NCBI GenBank assembly: GCA_964438255.1
Contig: CAYTKA010000010.1
Span: forward strand, 787 to 64,786
Direction: 5' to 3'
Length of the DNA stretch: 64,000 nucleotides
From: an uncultured Gemmatimonadaceae bacterium
GTDB lineage: Bacteria > Gemmatimonadota > Gemmatimonadetes > Gemmatimonadales > Gemmatimonadaceae
The position numbers were made by a program, and so were the translations under genes. Shown here piece after piece: positions 54,339 through 61,119 of this stretch. Below the pieces are notes generated by a model. That model saw only the letters and a program-made list of their open reading frames with translations, was not told the DNA's origin and ran no database searches. Each line of letters begins with the position of its first letter. Within the stretch, counting starts at the first letter, position 1.

Positions 54339-54549
54339 GGCCGTAACAATGCACCGACGCATCACGCACGCCGATGGTACTGCGGTACTCGGGTACTGCG
54401 TACTTCGTACGGCGACTCGGCGCAGCTATTCTCTCGACGCGCGCGGCGCCAAATGCGGCATGAGACCGCCGGCTCTATCGGGAGGCGTGCAAGCCCGGTG
54501 TGGTTTTCCGCCGGTCACCGCACCGGAGCATCGGTGCATTGTTACGGCC
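54339..54549. repeat. Perfect 19-bp inverted repeat (core of a longer imperfect palindrome) in the metH / yitJ-like intergenic region
   Basis: GGCCGTAACAATGCACCGA (54339-54357) and TCGGTGCATTGTTACGGCC (54531-54549), 173 nt apart. Flanking segments cgtgga/tccacg, cctcga/tcgagg and ggta/tacc extend the pairing to about 54310-54585. Confidence 0.9.
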
Positions 54550-54649
54550 AGTCTGTGAGTTCCACGTACTCGAGGACTGCCTACCAATTGCTCGCCGTTC
54601 ACTCCCCGCCAGTCCAGGTATCTGGCACCGCAAGGATGCGGAGCATTCA

Positions 54650-56575
54650 ATGAGTACAGCAACACTGCATCGCCTGACCGACCCCGACTCGCTCGTCCTG
54701 TTCGACGGTGCGATGGGAACGATGCTGTACGCGAAGGGCATCTTCATCAATCAGTGCTACGACGAGCTGAATCTCCGCTCCCCCGATCTCGTGCGCGACG
54801 TGCATCGCCAGTACGTGGCGGCGGGCGCGGAGGTGCTGGAGACGAACAGCTTCGGGGCGAATCGGCTCAAGCTCGCGCCCTTCGGGCTCGCCGCGCAGAC
54901 GCGCGAGATCAATCGCCGCGCCGCGGAGCTGGCGCGCGAGGCAGCCGACGAGGGGCACGACGTGCTCGTCGCCGGGGCCGTCGGACCGCTCGGCGTGCGA
55001 CTCGAGCCCTATGGCCCCACGTCGGCGGCGGAGGCGCGCGAGATCTTCCGCGAGCAGATCGAAGGGCTCCGGGAAGGGGGCGCGGATCTGTTCATCCTCG
55101 AGACCTTCGGTGACCTGCACGAGATCGGGCAGGCGATCGTTGCGGCGCGCGAGGTGGATGCGTCGATTCCCGTCGTGGCGCAGATGACGATCGGCGCGGA
55201 CGGGCTCACACCATACGGTGCGACGCCGGAAGACGTGGCGCGCGCACTCGACCGCTTCGGCGCCGACGTCATCGGTCTCAACTGCTCCGTCGGCCCGCAG
55301 GCGATCCTCGACGCGATCGAGAAGATGGCCCCGGTGACGAAGAAGAAGCTCTCGGCGCAGCCGAATGCCGGCATGCCGCGCGACGTGAGTGGTCGCCGCA
55401 TGTACATGGCGAGCCCCGAGTACATGGCGACGTACGCGCGGCACCTCGTGCAGGCGGGCGCGAAGATCGTGGGTGGCTGCTGCGGCACGACGCCGGAGCA
55501 CATTCACGCCATGGTCGAAGGGGTGCGCCCGCTCAGCCCACGCTTCGCGCGCGTCGGCGGTGCGGCGCACGCCGGCGCGACGGCACCGCCGCGCGACACC
55601 AGGCGCGTGCCGGACGTGGAGGCGGTGCCGCTCGCCCAGCGCTCGCGCTGGGGTGCAAAGATCGCCGCCGGAGCGTTCGTCACGAGCGTGGAGATCGTGC
55701 CGCCGCGCGGGGTGGACGCGACGCGCATGCTCGCCGACGTCGGACAGCTCAAGCGCGCCGGCGTGGACGCCGTGAACGTCCCCGACGGCCCGCGCGCGCA
55801 GAGCCGCATGGGCGCCCTGCTCACGTCGCTGCTGGTCGAGCAGCGCGTCGGCATCGAGACGGTGACGCACTACGCGTGTCGCGACCGCAACCTGCTCGGC
55901 ATGCTGAGCGACCTGCTGGGCGCATCGGCCGTCGGCCTGCGCAACCTGCTGCTCATCACCGGCGACCCCCCGAAGATGGGGCCGTACCCGAGTGCCACGG
56001 CGGTGTTCGACATCGACGCGATCGGGCTCACGAACCTCGTACGCAACCTCAATCACGGCCGCGACCCCGGCGACAACGCCATCGGCGCGCCGACGCAGTT
56101 CGTGATCGGCGTCGGGGTGAACCCCGCCCCGATCGATCTGGAGCACGAGCTGAAGCGGTTCGCGTGGAAGGTCGAAGCCGGTGCGGAGTTCGCCGTCACG
56201 CAGCCCGTGTTCGACGCGGCGCAGCTCGAGAACTTCCTGCGTCGCACGGAGGGCAATCGCATCCCGATCGTCGCCGGCATCTGGCCGCTCGTCAGCGTGC
56301 GCAACGCCGAGTTCCTCGCCAATGAGGTGCCGGGCGTGAGCGTGCCCGAGGGCGTGATCACGCGCATGCGAAAGGCGGGCGAGCGCTCGAAGGAACATGC
56401 GGTGGCCGAGGGGATCGCCATCGCGCGCGAGATGCTCGAGCGCGTGCGCGCGAGCGTGCAGGGCGTGCAGGTGTCGGCGCCCTTCGGCAAAGTCGAGCTG
56501 GCGCTCGAGGTGTTCGGCGACACCGTCGCCCCCGATCCGATCGCTGCCAGCGCGTCCGCGCCTGCTCCCGCGTGA
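54650..56575 (+). CDS. Bifunctional homocysteine S-methyltransferase / 5,10-methylenetetrahydrofolate reductase (YitJ-like)
   Basis: ATG 54650 after GGAG. N-terminal LFDGAMGTMLY...GGCCGTTPEHI (Hcy-binding domain) and a C-terminal MTHFR domain (VTSVEIVPPRG...LLLITGDPP). Confidence 0.9.
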   Translation: MSTATLHRLTDPDSLVLFDGAMGTMLYAKGIFINQCYDELNLRSPDLVRDVHRQYVAAGAEVLETNSFGANRLKLAPFGLAAQTREINRRAAELAREAADEGHDVLVAGAVGPLGVRLEPYGPTSAAEAREIFREQIEGLREGGADLFILETFGDLHEIGQAIVAAREVDASIPVVAQMTIGADGLTPYGATPEDVARALDRFGADVIGLNCSVGPQAILDAIEKMAPVTKKKLSAQPNAGMPRDVSGRRMYMASPEYMATYARHLVQAGAKIVGGCCGTTPEHIHAMVEGVRPLSPRFARVGGAAHAGATAPPRDTRRVPDVEAVPLAQRSRWGAKIAAGAFVTSVEIVPPRGVDATRMLADVGQLKRAGVDAVNVPDGPRAQSRMGALLTSLLVEQRVGIETVTHYACRDRNLLGMLSDLLGASAVGLRNLLLITGDPPKMGPYPSATAVFDIDAIGLTNLVRNLNHGRDPGDNAIGAPTQFVIGVGVNPAPIDLEHELKRFAWKVEAGAEFAVTQPVFDAAQLENFLRRTEGNRIPIVAGIWPLVSVRNAEFLANEVPGVSVPEGVITRMRKAGERSKEHAVAEGIAIAREMLERVRASVQGVQVSAPFGKVELALEVFGDTVAPDPIAASASAPAPA

Positions 56576-56618
56576 GCGCGCGCCGGAGTTTGTACGCCGA
56601 CGCGACGAAAGGTCGCGC

Positions 56619-56647
56619 TTGACGGCTCGCCGGGAACGCCATAGACT
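56619..56647 (+). promoter_or_regulatory. Sigma-70-like promoter candidate TTGACG-N17-TAGACT
   Basis: TTGACG 56619-56624, a 17-nt spacer, and TAGACT 56642-56647, about 20 nt before leader motif copy B. Confidence 0.4.
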
Positions 56648-56667
56648 CGCTTGCAGAACCGAACGCC

Positions 56668-56757
56668 GTGGTGATTTGCCGCCGTTGCCGCCACGTTAAA
56701 CAAGATGCTAACACGCGACTCGCCCGGCGGCGCTCCCGACCGGGCGTTCTTCGTTTC
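56668..56757 (+). promoter_or_regulatory. Candidate riboswitch/attenuator leader (motif copy B) with intrinsic terminator, heading the sulfur-assimilation operon
   Basis: Hairpin CGUGGU...GCCACG with the loop starting GAUUU, tail GUUAA...UGCUAA..CGCGA, then terminator CGCCCGG (56721-56727) / CCGGGCG (56740-56746) plus UUCUUCGUUUC. Confidence 0.55.
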
Positions 56758-56874
56758 ACCACGCGCCACCGTTCCATCACGCCAGTGTCCACCATCGCTC
56801 CGACCACCGCCGCCGTCCTCGCCACGATCGCCCTCGCGATCGTGCGGAATGGTGCGTGTGCGTGTCGTGACGGG

Positions 56875-56946
56875 ATGTGTGCGTGCGCCTGTATCGGCGC
56901 GCACGCGACGACACGACGACGGTCGGGGAGGGGACGGCGCGGCTGA
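56875..56946 (+). CDS. Candidate Cys-rich leader peptide (MCACACIGAHATTRRRSGRGRRG; the frame is open upstream to GTG 56785, adding ...NGACACRDG)
   Basis: Frame read directly: ggt gcg tgt gcg tgt cgt gac ggg atg tgt gcg tgc gcc tgt. That is 5 Cys in 12 codons, 4 of them TGT. Only a weak SD. Lies between two terminators upstream of Cys/sulfur genes. Confidence 0.3.
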   Translation: MCACACIGAHATTRRRSGRGRRG

Positions 56947-56986
56947 CACCGCACGAGTTCCACCACCGAAGGGAAGAAGCTCACCC

Positions 56987-57013
56987 GGCCGCTCGTTCGA
57001 GCGGCCTTTTTTT
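56987..57013 (+). terminator. Strong intrinsic terminator 38 nt upstream of the rhodanese start
   Basis: GGCCGCTCG (56987-56995), a short loop, CGAGCGGCC (56998-57006) and T7 (57007-57013). Confidence 0.8.
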
Positions 57014-57051
57014 GTCCCATCACGCGGCCCACCACCGCAGGAGAGCCGAAC

Positions 57052-57939
57052 ATGCCTACCATCGCAGTCGACCCGACGCCCGCCGCGATCGCCGACAAGG
57101 GCTACGTCCACCCCGACGCCCTCGTCTCGACATCGTGGCTCGCGGAGCACCTCGACGATCCGTCCGTGCGGATTCTCGAGAGCGACGAGGACGTGCTCCT
57201 CTACGACCTCGGCCACATCCCGAACAGCCAGAAGATCGACTGGCATGAGGACCTCAACGACCCCGTGCAGCGCGACTACGTGAGCCGCAAAGCGTTCGAG
57301 GCGCTCGTGCGCCGGCTCGGCATCGACGAGTCCACCACCGTCGTGTTCTACGGCGACAAGAACAACTGGTGGGCGACGTACGCCTTCTGGGTCTTCCGCC
57401 TCTTCCACTTCCCGAACGCGCGGATCCTCGACGGCGGGCGGACGAAGTGGGAGGAGGAGGGGCGCCCCTTCGTCACCGAGACGCCGACCTTCCGCGCCAC
57501 GACCTACCGCGCCCCCGAGCGCGACGACCGCGTCATCCGCGCCTTCCGCGACGAGGTGCTCGCGCACAGCGCGGCGCGCCGCCCGCTGATCGATGTGCGG
57601 TCACCCGACGAGTACACCGGCAAGAAGACGCACATGCCGGAGTATCCGCAGGAGGGCGTGCTGCGCGGCGGCCACATCCCCGGCGCGAAGAGCGTCCCAT
57701 GGGCGCGCGCCGCAAATCCCGACGGGACGTTCAAGAGCGCACCCGAGCTCCGCGCCATCTACGAGAGCGAGGCCGGCCTCCGTACCGGCGACGACGTCGT
57801 GGCGTACTGCCGCATCGGCGAGCGCTCGTCGCACACCTGGTTCGTGCTCACGTATCTCCTCGGCTACGAGAAGGTGCGCAACTACGACGGGAGCTGGACG
57901 GAGTGGGGCAACGCGGTGCGCCTCCCGATCGAGAAGTGA
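57052..57939 (+). CDS. Thiosulfate/3-mercaptopyruvate sulfurtransferase (tandem rhodanese, SseA/CysA2-like)
   Basis: 295 aa with active-site loop [12 protein letters not shown] and AGGAGA as SD. Confidence 0.9.
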   Translation: MPTIAVDPTPAAIADKGYVHPDALVSTSWLAEHLDDPSVRILESDEDVLLYDLGHIPNSQKIDWHEDLNDPVQRDYVSRKAFEALVRRLGIDESTTVVFYGDKNNWWATYAFWVFRLFHFPNARILDGGRTKWEEEGRPFVTETPTFRATTYRAPERDDRVIRAFRDEVLAHSAARRPLIDVRSPDEYTGKKTHMPEYPQEGVLRGGHIPGAKSVPWARAANPDGTFKSAPELRAIYESEAGLRTGDDVVAYCRIGERSSHTWFVLTYLLGYEKVRNYDGSWTEWGNAVRLPIEK

Positions 57940-57961
57940 CGACGCGCCGGGTGATCGCCGC

Positions 57962-58801
57962 ATGAGCCGCCGCGCCGTGGTGAGCGTCCCGGCCTCCTGG
58001 GTGAGCCGGGGGTGGGGGACGGCGCTCGGGGTGACCCTCGAGCGCTGGCTGACCGCGTCGTTCACGCTGACCGGGGGCACCTTCGCGCCGGTGGTCGAGG
58101 GCGCGGGGACGCTGCGCGACCGGCCTGCGCCGCCGGAGGGGGACCCTCTGCTCCGCGGCTTCCACGCGGCGTGCACGCACGGGCGCCGTCCGCTGCCGCG
58201 CGGACTCCTCGTGCGCGCGAGCTCGCACATTCCGCTGCGGCGAGGGCTGGGCGCATCCGCGGCGGCGGTCGTGGCGGGCGTGGTGGCGGCGAACGCGCTG
58301 TACGGGCTCGCCCTCGGCGACCACGACGTCGCCGGCGTGGCGGCGCGCGTACTTCGCGGGCCGGCACAGGGGACGCACACGGCGCTCGCCACATGGGGAG
58401 GCACCGTGGTGGCGCACGCCCACGCGAGCGATCCGCTCCACGTCACGCCGATCGACGTGCATCCGGCGCTGGCGCTCGTCATCGCCGTCCCCGAATGCGT
58501 CGCGGCATGGACGTCGGCGAACGTCCGCACAGAGGACGCCGTGCGTCGCGTGATGCGCGCGGCGCTCGCCGCGGGCGCGGTAGGCGCCGTGCCGGGCCGC
58601 GACGGCGCGACGATCGTCGCCATCGGCGCGCACGACGTCGTCGAGACGGTCCGCGCGGCGATGGTGGCCGCGTGGCGTGACGCCGGCGTCGCGGCCGAGG
58701 TGTCGCTCAACCCGTCGCGCGTGGCCGGCCACCGCGCGCGAGTGCAGCACGTCTGCGACGATCACTCCGCCGCGCCAGCCGCAGCGCACCCGGTCTCCTG
58801 A
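57962..58801 (+). CDS. Divergent GHMP-kinase family protein (homoserine-kinase-like)
   Basis: ATG 57962. VSVPASWVSRGWGTALG resembles the ThrB N-terminus. GHMP motif II is IPLRRGLGASAAAVVAG. Motif III is degenerate (VPGRDGATIVAIG). Confidence 0.5.
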   Translation: MSRRAVVSVPASWVSRGWGTALGVTLERWLTASFTLTGGTFAPVVEGAGTLRDRPAPPEGDPLLRGFHAACTHGRRPLPRGLLVRASSHIPLRRGLGASAAAVVAGVVAANALYGLALGDHDVAGVAARVLRGPAQGTHTALATWGGTVVAHAHASDPLHVTPIDVHPALALVIAVPECVAAWTSANVRTEDAVRRVMRAALAAGAVGAVPGRDGATIVAIGAHDVVETVRAAMVAAWRDAGVAAEVSLNPSRVAGHRARVQHVCDDHSAAPAAAHPVS

Positions 58802-58994
58802 GCCCACGACCCACGATGACGCCGATTCCCTCGCTCGACGCCCGCTACACACGCCGCATGCCGGCGCGCGCGTCGATCAATCCGATTCCCCATCCCTGTC
58901 CGCCGGCGTGTGCACGCCCGACACGGGCGGGAGCGATGCCGGACCGATGTCCGTAGGCGACGCGCGACGCGCGCACCACGAACGATCGAATACC

Positions 58995-59024
58995 GGGCCC
59001 GCTCTCGCCGCCGAGAGCGGGCCC
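58995..59024 (+). promoter_or_regulatory. Perfect 13-bp stem-loop upstream of cysC (attenuator, processing or stabiliser element)
   Basis: GGGCCCGCTCTCG (58995-59007), loop CCGC, and CGAGAGCGGGCCC (59012-59024). The tail GTCGCTCTTCC is only weakly U-rich. Confidence 0.5.
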
Positions 59025-59073
59025 GTCGCTCTTCCGGATTCCATGCCACCTTCACCCACTGGAGCACCAGGTC

Positions 59074-59670
59074 ATGACCACGGCACTCTCGTCCGTCCAC
59101 CTCCGTCACGAACCGCGCGCGCGCCCGCTCGGCTTCACCGTCTGGCTCACCGGGCTCTCCGGCGCGGGCAAGTCCACCATCGCCCGCGCGCTCGCTGGGC
59201 GCCTGCGCGCCGAGGGGCTCGCGACCGAGCTGCTCGACGGCGACGAGGTGCGCGAGCACCTCTCCCAGGGACTCGGCTTCTCGCGCGCCGACCGCGACAC
59301 GAACGTCCGCCGCATCGCGTACGTGGCGCAGCTCCTCACGCGCAACGGCGTCGCCGTCGTCATCGCGGCGATCTCGCCCTACGCCGAGGCGCGCGCTGCG
59401 GCGCGGAAGACGGTCGGCGAGTTCGTCGAGGTCTTCGTGAACGCGTCGGTCGAGACGTGCATCGCGCGCGATCCGAAGGGACTCTACTCAAAGGCGATGG
59501 CGGGGGTGATCACCGCCTTCACCGGGATCTCCGATCCGTACGAGGCCCCCACCGCCCCCGACGTGGAGATCGACACCGAGCGCGAGAGCGTGGACGGCGC
59601 GGTGGCGCGGCTGCTCGGCCTCCTCGGCGAGCGCGGATACCTCGCGCGCCCGGAGTCCCGCCGTGTCTAA
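59074..59670 (+). CDS. cysC: Adenylylsulfate (APS) kinase
   Basis: 198 aa with WLTGLSGAGKSTIA and LDGDEVREHLSQGLGFSRADRDTNVRR. Confidence 0.9.
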   Translation: MTTALSSVHLRHEPRARPLGFTVWLTGLSGAGKSTIARALAGRLRAEGLATELLDGDEVREHLSQGLGFSRADRDTNVRRIAYVAQLLTRNGVAVVIAAISPYAEARAAARKTVGEFVEVFVNASVETCIARDPKGLYSKAMAGVITAFTGISDPYEAPTAPDVEIDTERESVDGAVARLLGLLGERGYLARPESRRV

Positions 59671-60370
59671 CCTCGCGGCCCTCGCCACGAGCGAGGTGGC
59701 GCTGCGCGAGGCCGCGCCCGAGGCGATCCTCGCCTGGGCGGTGCGGACCTTCGGCGAGCGGCTCGTCCTCACGCTCAGCTTTGGCGGTCCGGGCGTCGCG
59801 CTGGCACACATGCTCCGCCAGCTCGAGGCGCGCGTGCCCGTCGTGTTCCTCGACACGCGCATGCTCTTCCCGGAGACGTACGCCTTCCGGGACGAGTTCG
59901 CCGCGCGCTACGGGCTCACTGTGCTGACCGCCAGCCCAGAGGAGGATCCCGGGCCGCTGTACCGGACCGATCCCGACGCGTGCTGCCGCATCCGCAAGGT
60001 CGAGCCGATGCGCCGCGTGCTCGCGCGGTACGACGCGTGGGTGAGCGCGCTCCGGCGCGACCAGAGCGCGGCGCGTGCCGGCACGGAGGTCGTCGAGCAC
60101 GACGTGGTCGACGGCCGGCCGCTGGTGCGCATCCACCCGCTCGCGTTCTGGAGCCGCGCGCAGGTGTGGGACTATCTCGTGCGCCACGGCGTGCCGTACC
60201 ACCCGCTGCTGGACCGCGGCTACACGAGCCTCGGCTGCTGGCCGTGCACGCGATCGACCGCGGCCGGCGAGGACGAGCGCGCGGGACGCTGGAGCGGCCG
60301 CGCGAAGACCGAGTGCGGGCTGCACACCTTCAGCCGGTCCGCGGTGCGGCACGGCACGGAGCGCGGCTGA
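59663..60370 (+). CDS. cysH: Adenosine 5'-phosphosulfate / phosphoadenosine phosphosulfate reductase (Fe-S type)
   Basis: GTG 59663 overlaps cysC by 8 nt. Cys pairs [10 protein letters not shown] and LGCWPCT, and the C-terminal KTECGLH. Confidence 0.9.
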   Translation: MSNLAALATSEVALREAAPEAILAWAVRTFGERLVLTLSFGGPGVALAHMLRQLEARVPVVFLDTRMLFPETYAFRDEFAARYGLTVLTASPEEDPGPLYRTDPDACCRIRKVEPMRRVLARYDAWVSALRRDQSAARAGTEVVEHDVVDGRPLVRIHPLAFWSRAQVWDYLVRHGVPYHPLLDRGYTSLGCWPCTRSTAAGEDERAGRWSGRAKTECGLHTFSRSAVRHGTERG

Positions 60371-61119
60371 TGTCGCCGCCGCTCGCCGCCGCCGGCCTCG
60401 TCGTCGGCTTCATGATCGGCCTGAGTGGCGTCGGGAGCGGCGCGCTCATGGCGCCGCTACTGCTGCTCTTCGGGCTACAGCCCGCGGTCGTCGTTGGGAG
60501 CGATCTGCTCTTCGGGCTGCTCACCAAGATCGTCGGCGTCGGGCCGCATCTCGCGCGGCGCTCGATCGCGTGGCCCTGGGTCGCGCTGCTCGCCGCCGGC
60601 AGCCTGCCCGGCGTCGTGGTCGGCGCGCGCGTCGTGCACCACTTCGCCGCCGCGCCGCAGACGATCCGCGCCTGGATCGCTGCACTGCTCGTCGTCGCGC
60701 CCGTCGTCGCCATTGCCGCCGATCATCTCCGGGACGGCGCCGCGCCGCGGCGGCGCCCGCGGCGGTGCGCCGTCGTCGCGATCGGTGCGACCATCGGCAT
60801 CACCGTCGGCGCCACGTCGGTCGGCAGCGGCAGCCTCGTCGACGTCGCTCTCATGCTCTTCTCCCCGCTCGCCGGCGCGGAGCTCGTGGGTACCGGCATC
60901 GCGCACGCCGTGCTGCTCACCGCCGTCGGCGCCGTGGCGCACTGGAGCCTCGGTACGATCGATCTCCCCCTCGTCTCCAACCTGCTCGCCGGCTCGATCC
61001 CCGGCGTGCTTCTCGGCGGCTGGCTCACTGGACGGATCGCCCCGCGGCCGCTGCGCTGGGGCGTCTCCGGGCTCGTGCTCGCAAGCGCGCTCACCCTTCT
61101 CCTCCAATCCAGACCATGA
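60370..61119 (+). CDS. TauE/SafE (DUF81) family anion permease
   Basis: ATG 60370 shares one nt with the cysH stop. 249 aa, about 8 TM segments, [15 protein letters not shown] and [10 protein letters not shown] repeats. Confidence 0.8.
   Translation: MSPPLAAAGLVVGFMIGLSGVGSGALMAPLLLLFGLQPAVVVGSDLLFGLLTKIVGVGPHLARRSIAWPWVALLAAGSLPGVVVGARVVHHFAAAPQTIRAWIAALLVVAPVVAIAADHLRDGAAPRRRPRRCAVVAIGATIGITVGATSVGSGSLVDVALMLFSPLAGAELVGTGIAHAVLLTAVGAVAHWSLGTIDLPLVSNLLAGSIPGVLLGGWLTGRIAPRPLRWGVSGLVLASALTLLLQSRP

Noticed and set aside
54440-54480. A B12-box-like string (GCGGCAUGAGACCGCCGG) inside the metH/yitJ spacer, and a GGGAGUUCGGUGAGG string at 15951-15965 upstream of the adenosyltransferase. Both are reminiscent of cobalamin-riboswitch core elements.
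   Set aside because: These are isolated partial matches only. The other conserved cobalamin elements (the GCCACUG core and the multi-helix junction) were not found. The 15.9-kb element is far too short for a cobalamin riboswitch.
54495-54526. A possible third, degenerate copy of the metH/sulfur leader motif. GUGG-UUUUCCGCCGGUCACCGCAC resembles GUGGUGAUUUGCCGCCGUUGCCGCCAC.
   Set aside because: Only the loop region is similar. The conserved GUUAA...UGCUAA..GCGA tail and the terminator are missing. I mention it under the palindrome finding but do not call it as a feature.
54453-54653. A 66-aa ORF inside the palindromic metH/yitJ spacer, and the N-terminal extension of the yitJ-like ORF from 54500.
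   Set aside because: There is no SD and the composition is atypical. The ORF spans the right arm of the inverted repeat. The Hcy-methyltransferase domain starts cleanly at ATG 54650, preceded by GGAG.
50687-56398. Minus-strand ORFs 50687..53488 (933 aa) and 54647..56398 (583 aa). The same applies elsewhere to 12046..13611, 19927..21570, 26873..28360, 31991..34234, 60723..62195 and 62054..63823.
   Set aside because: All are antisense shadows of well-supported genes (metH, yitJ-like, SBP, EPS synthase, glcF, molybdoenzyme, sat, sir). None shows a recognisable domain.
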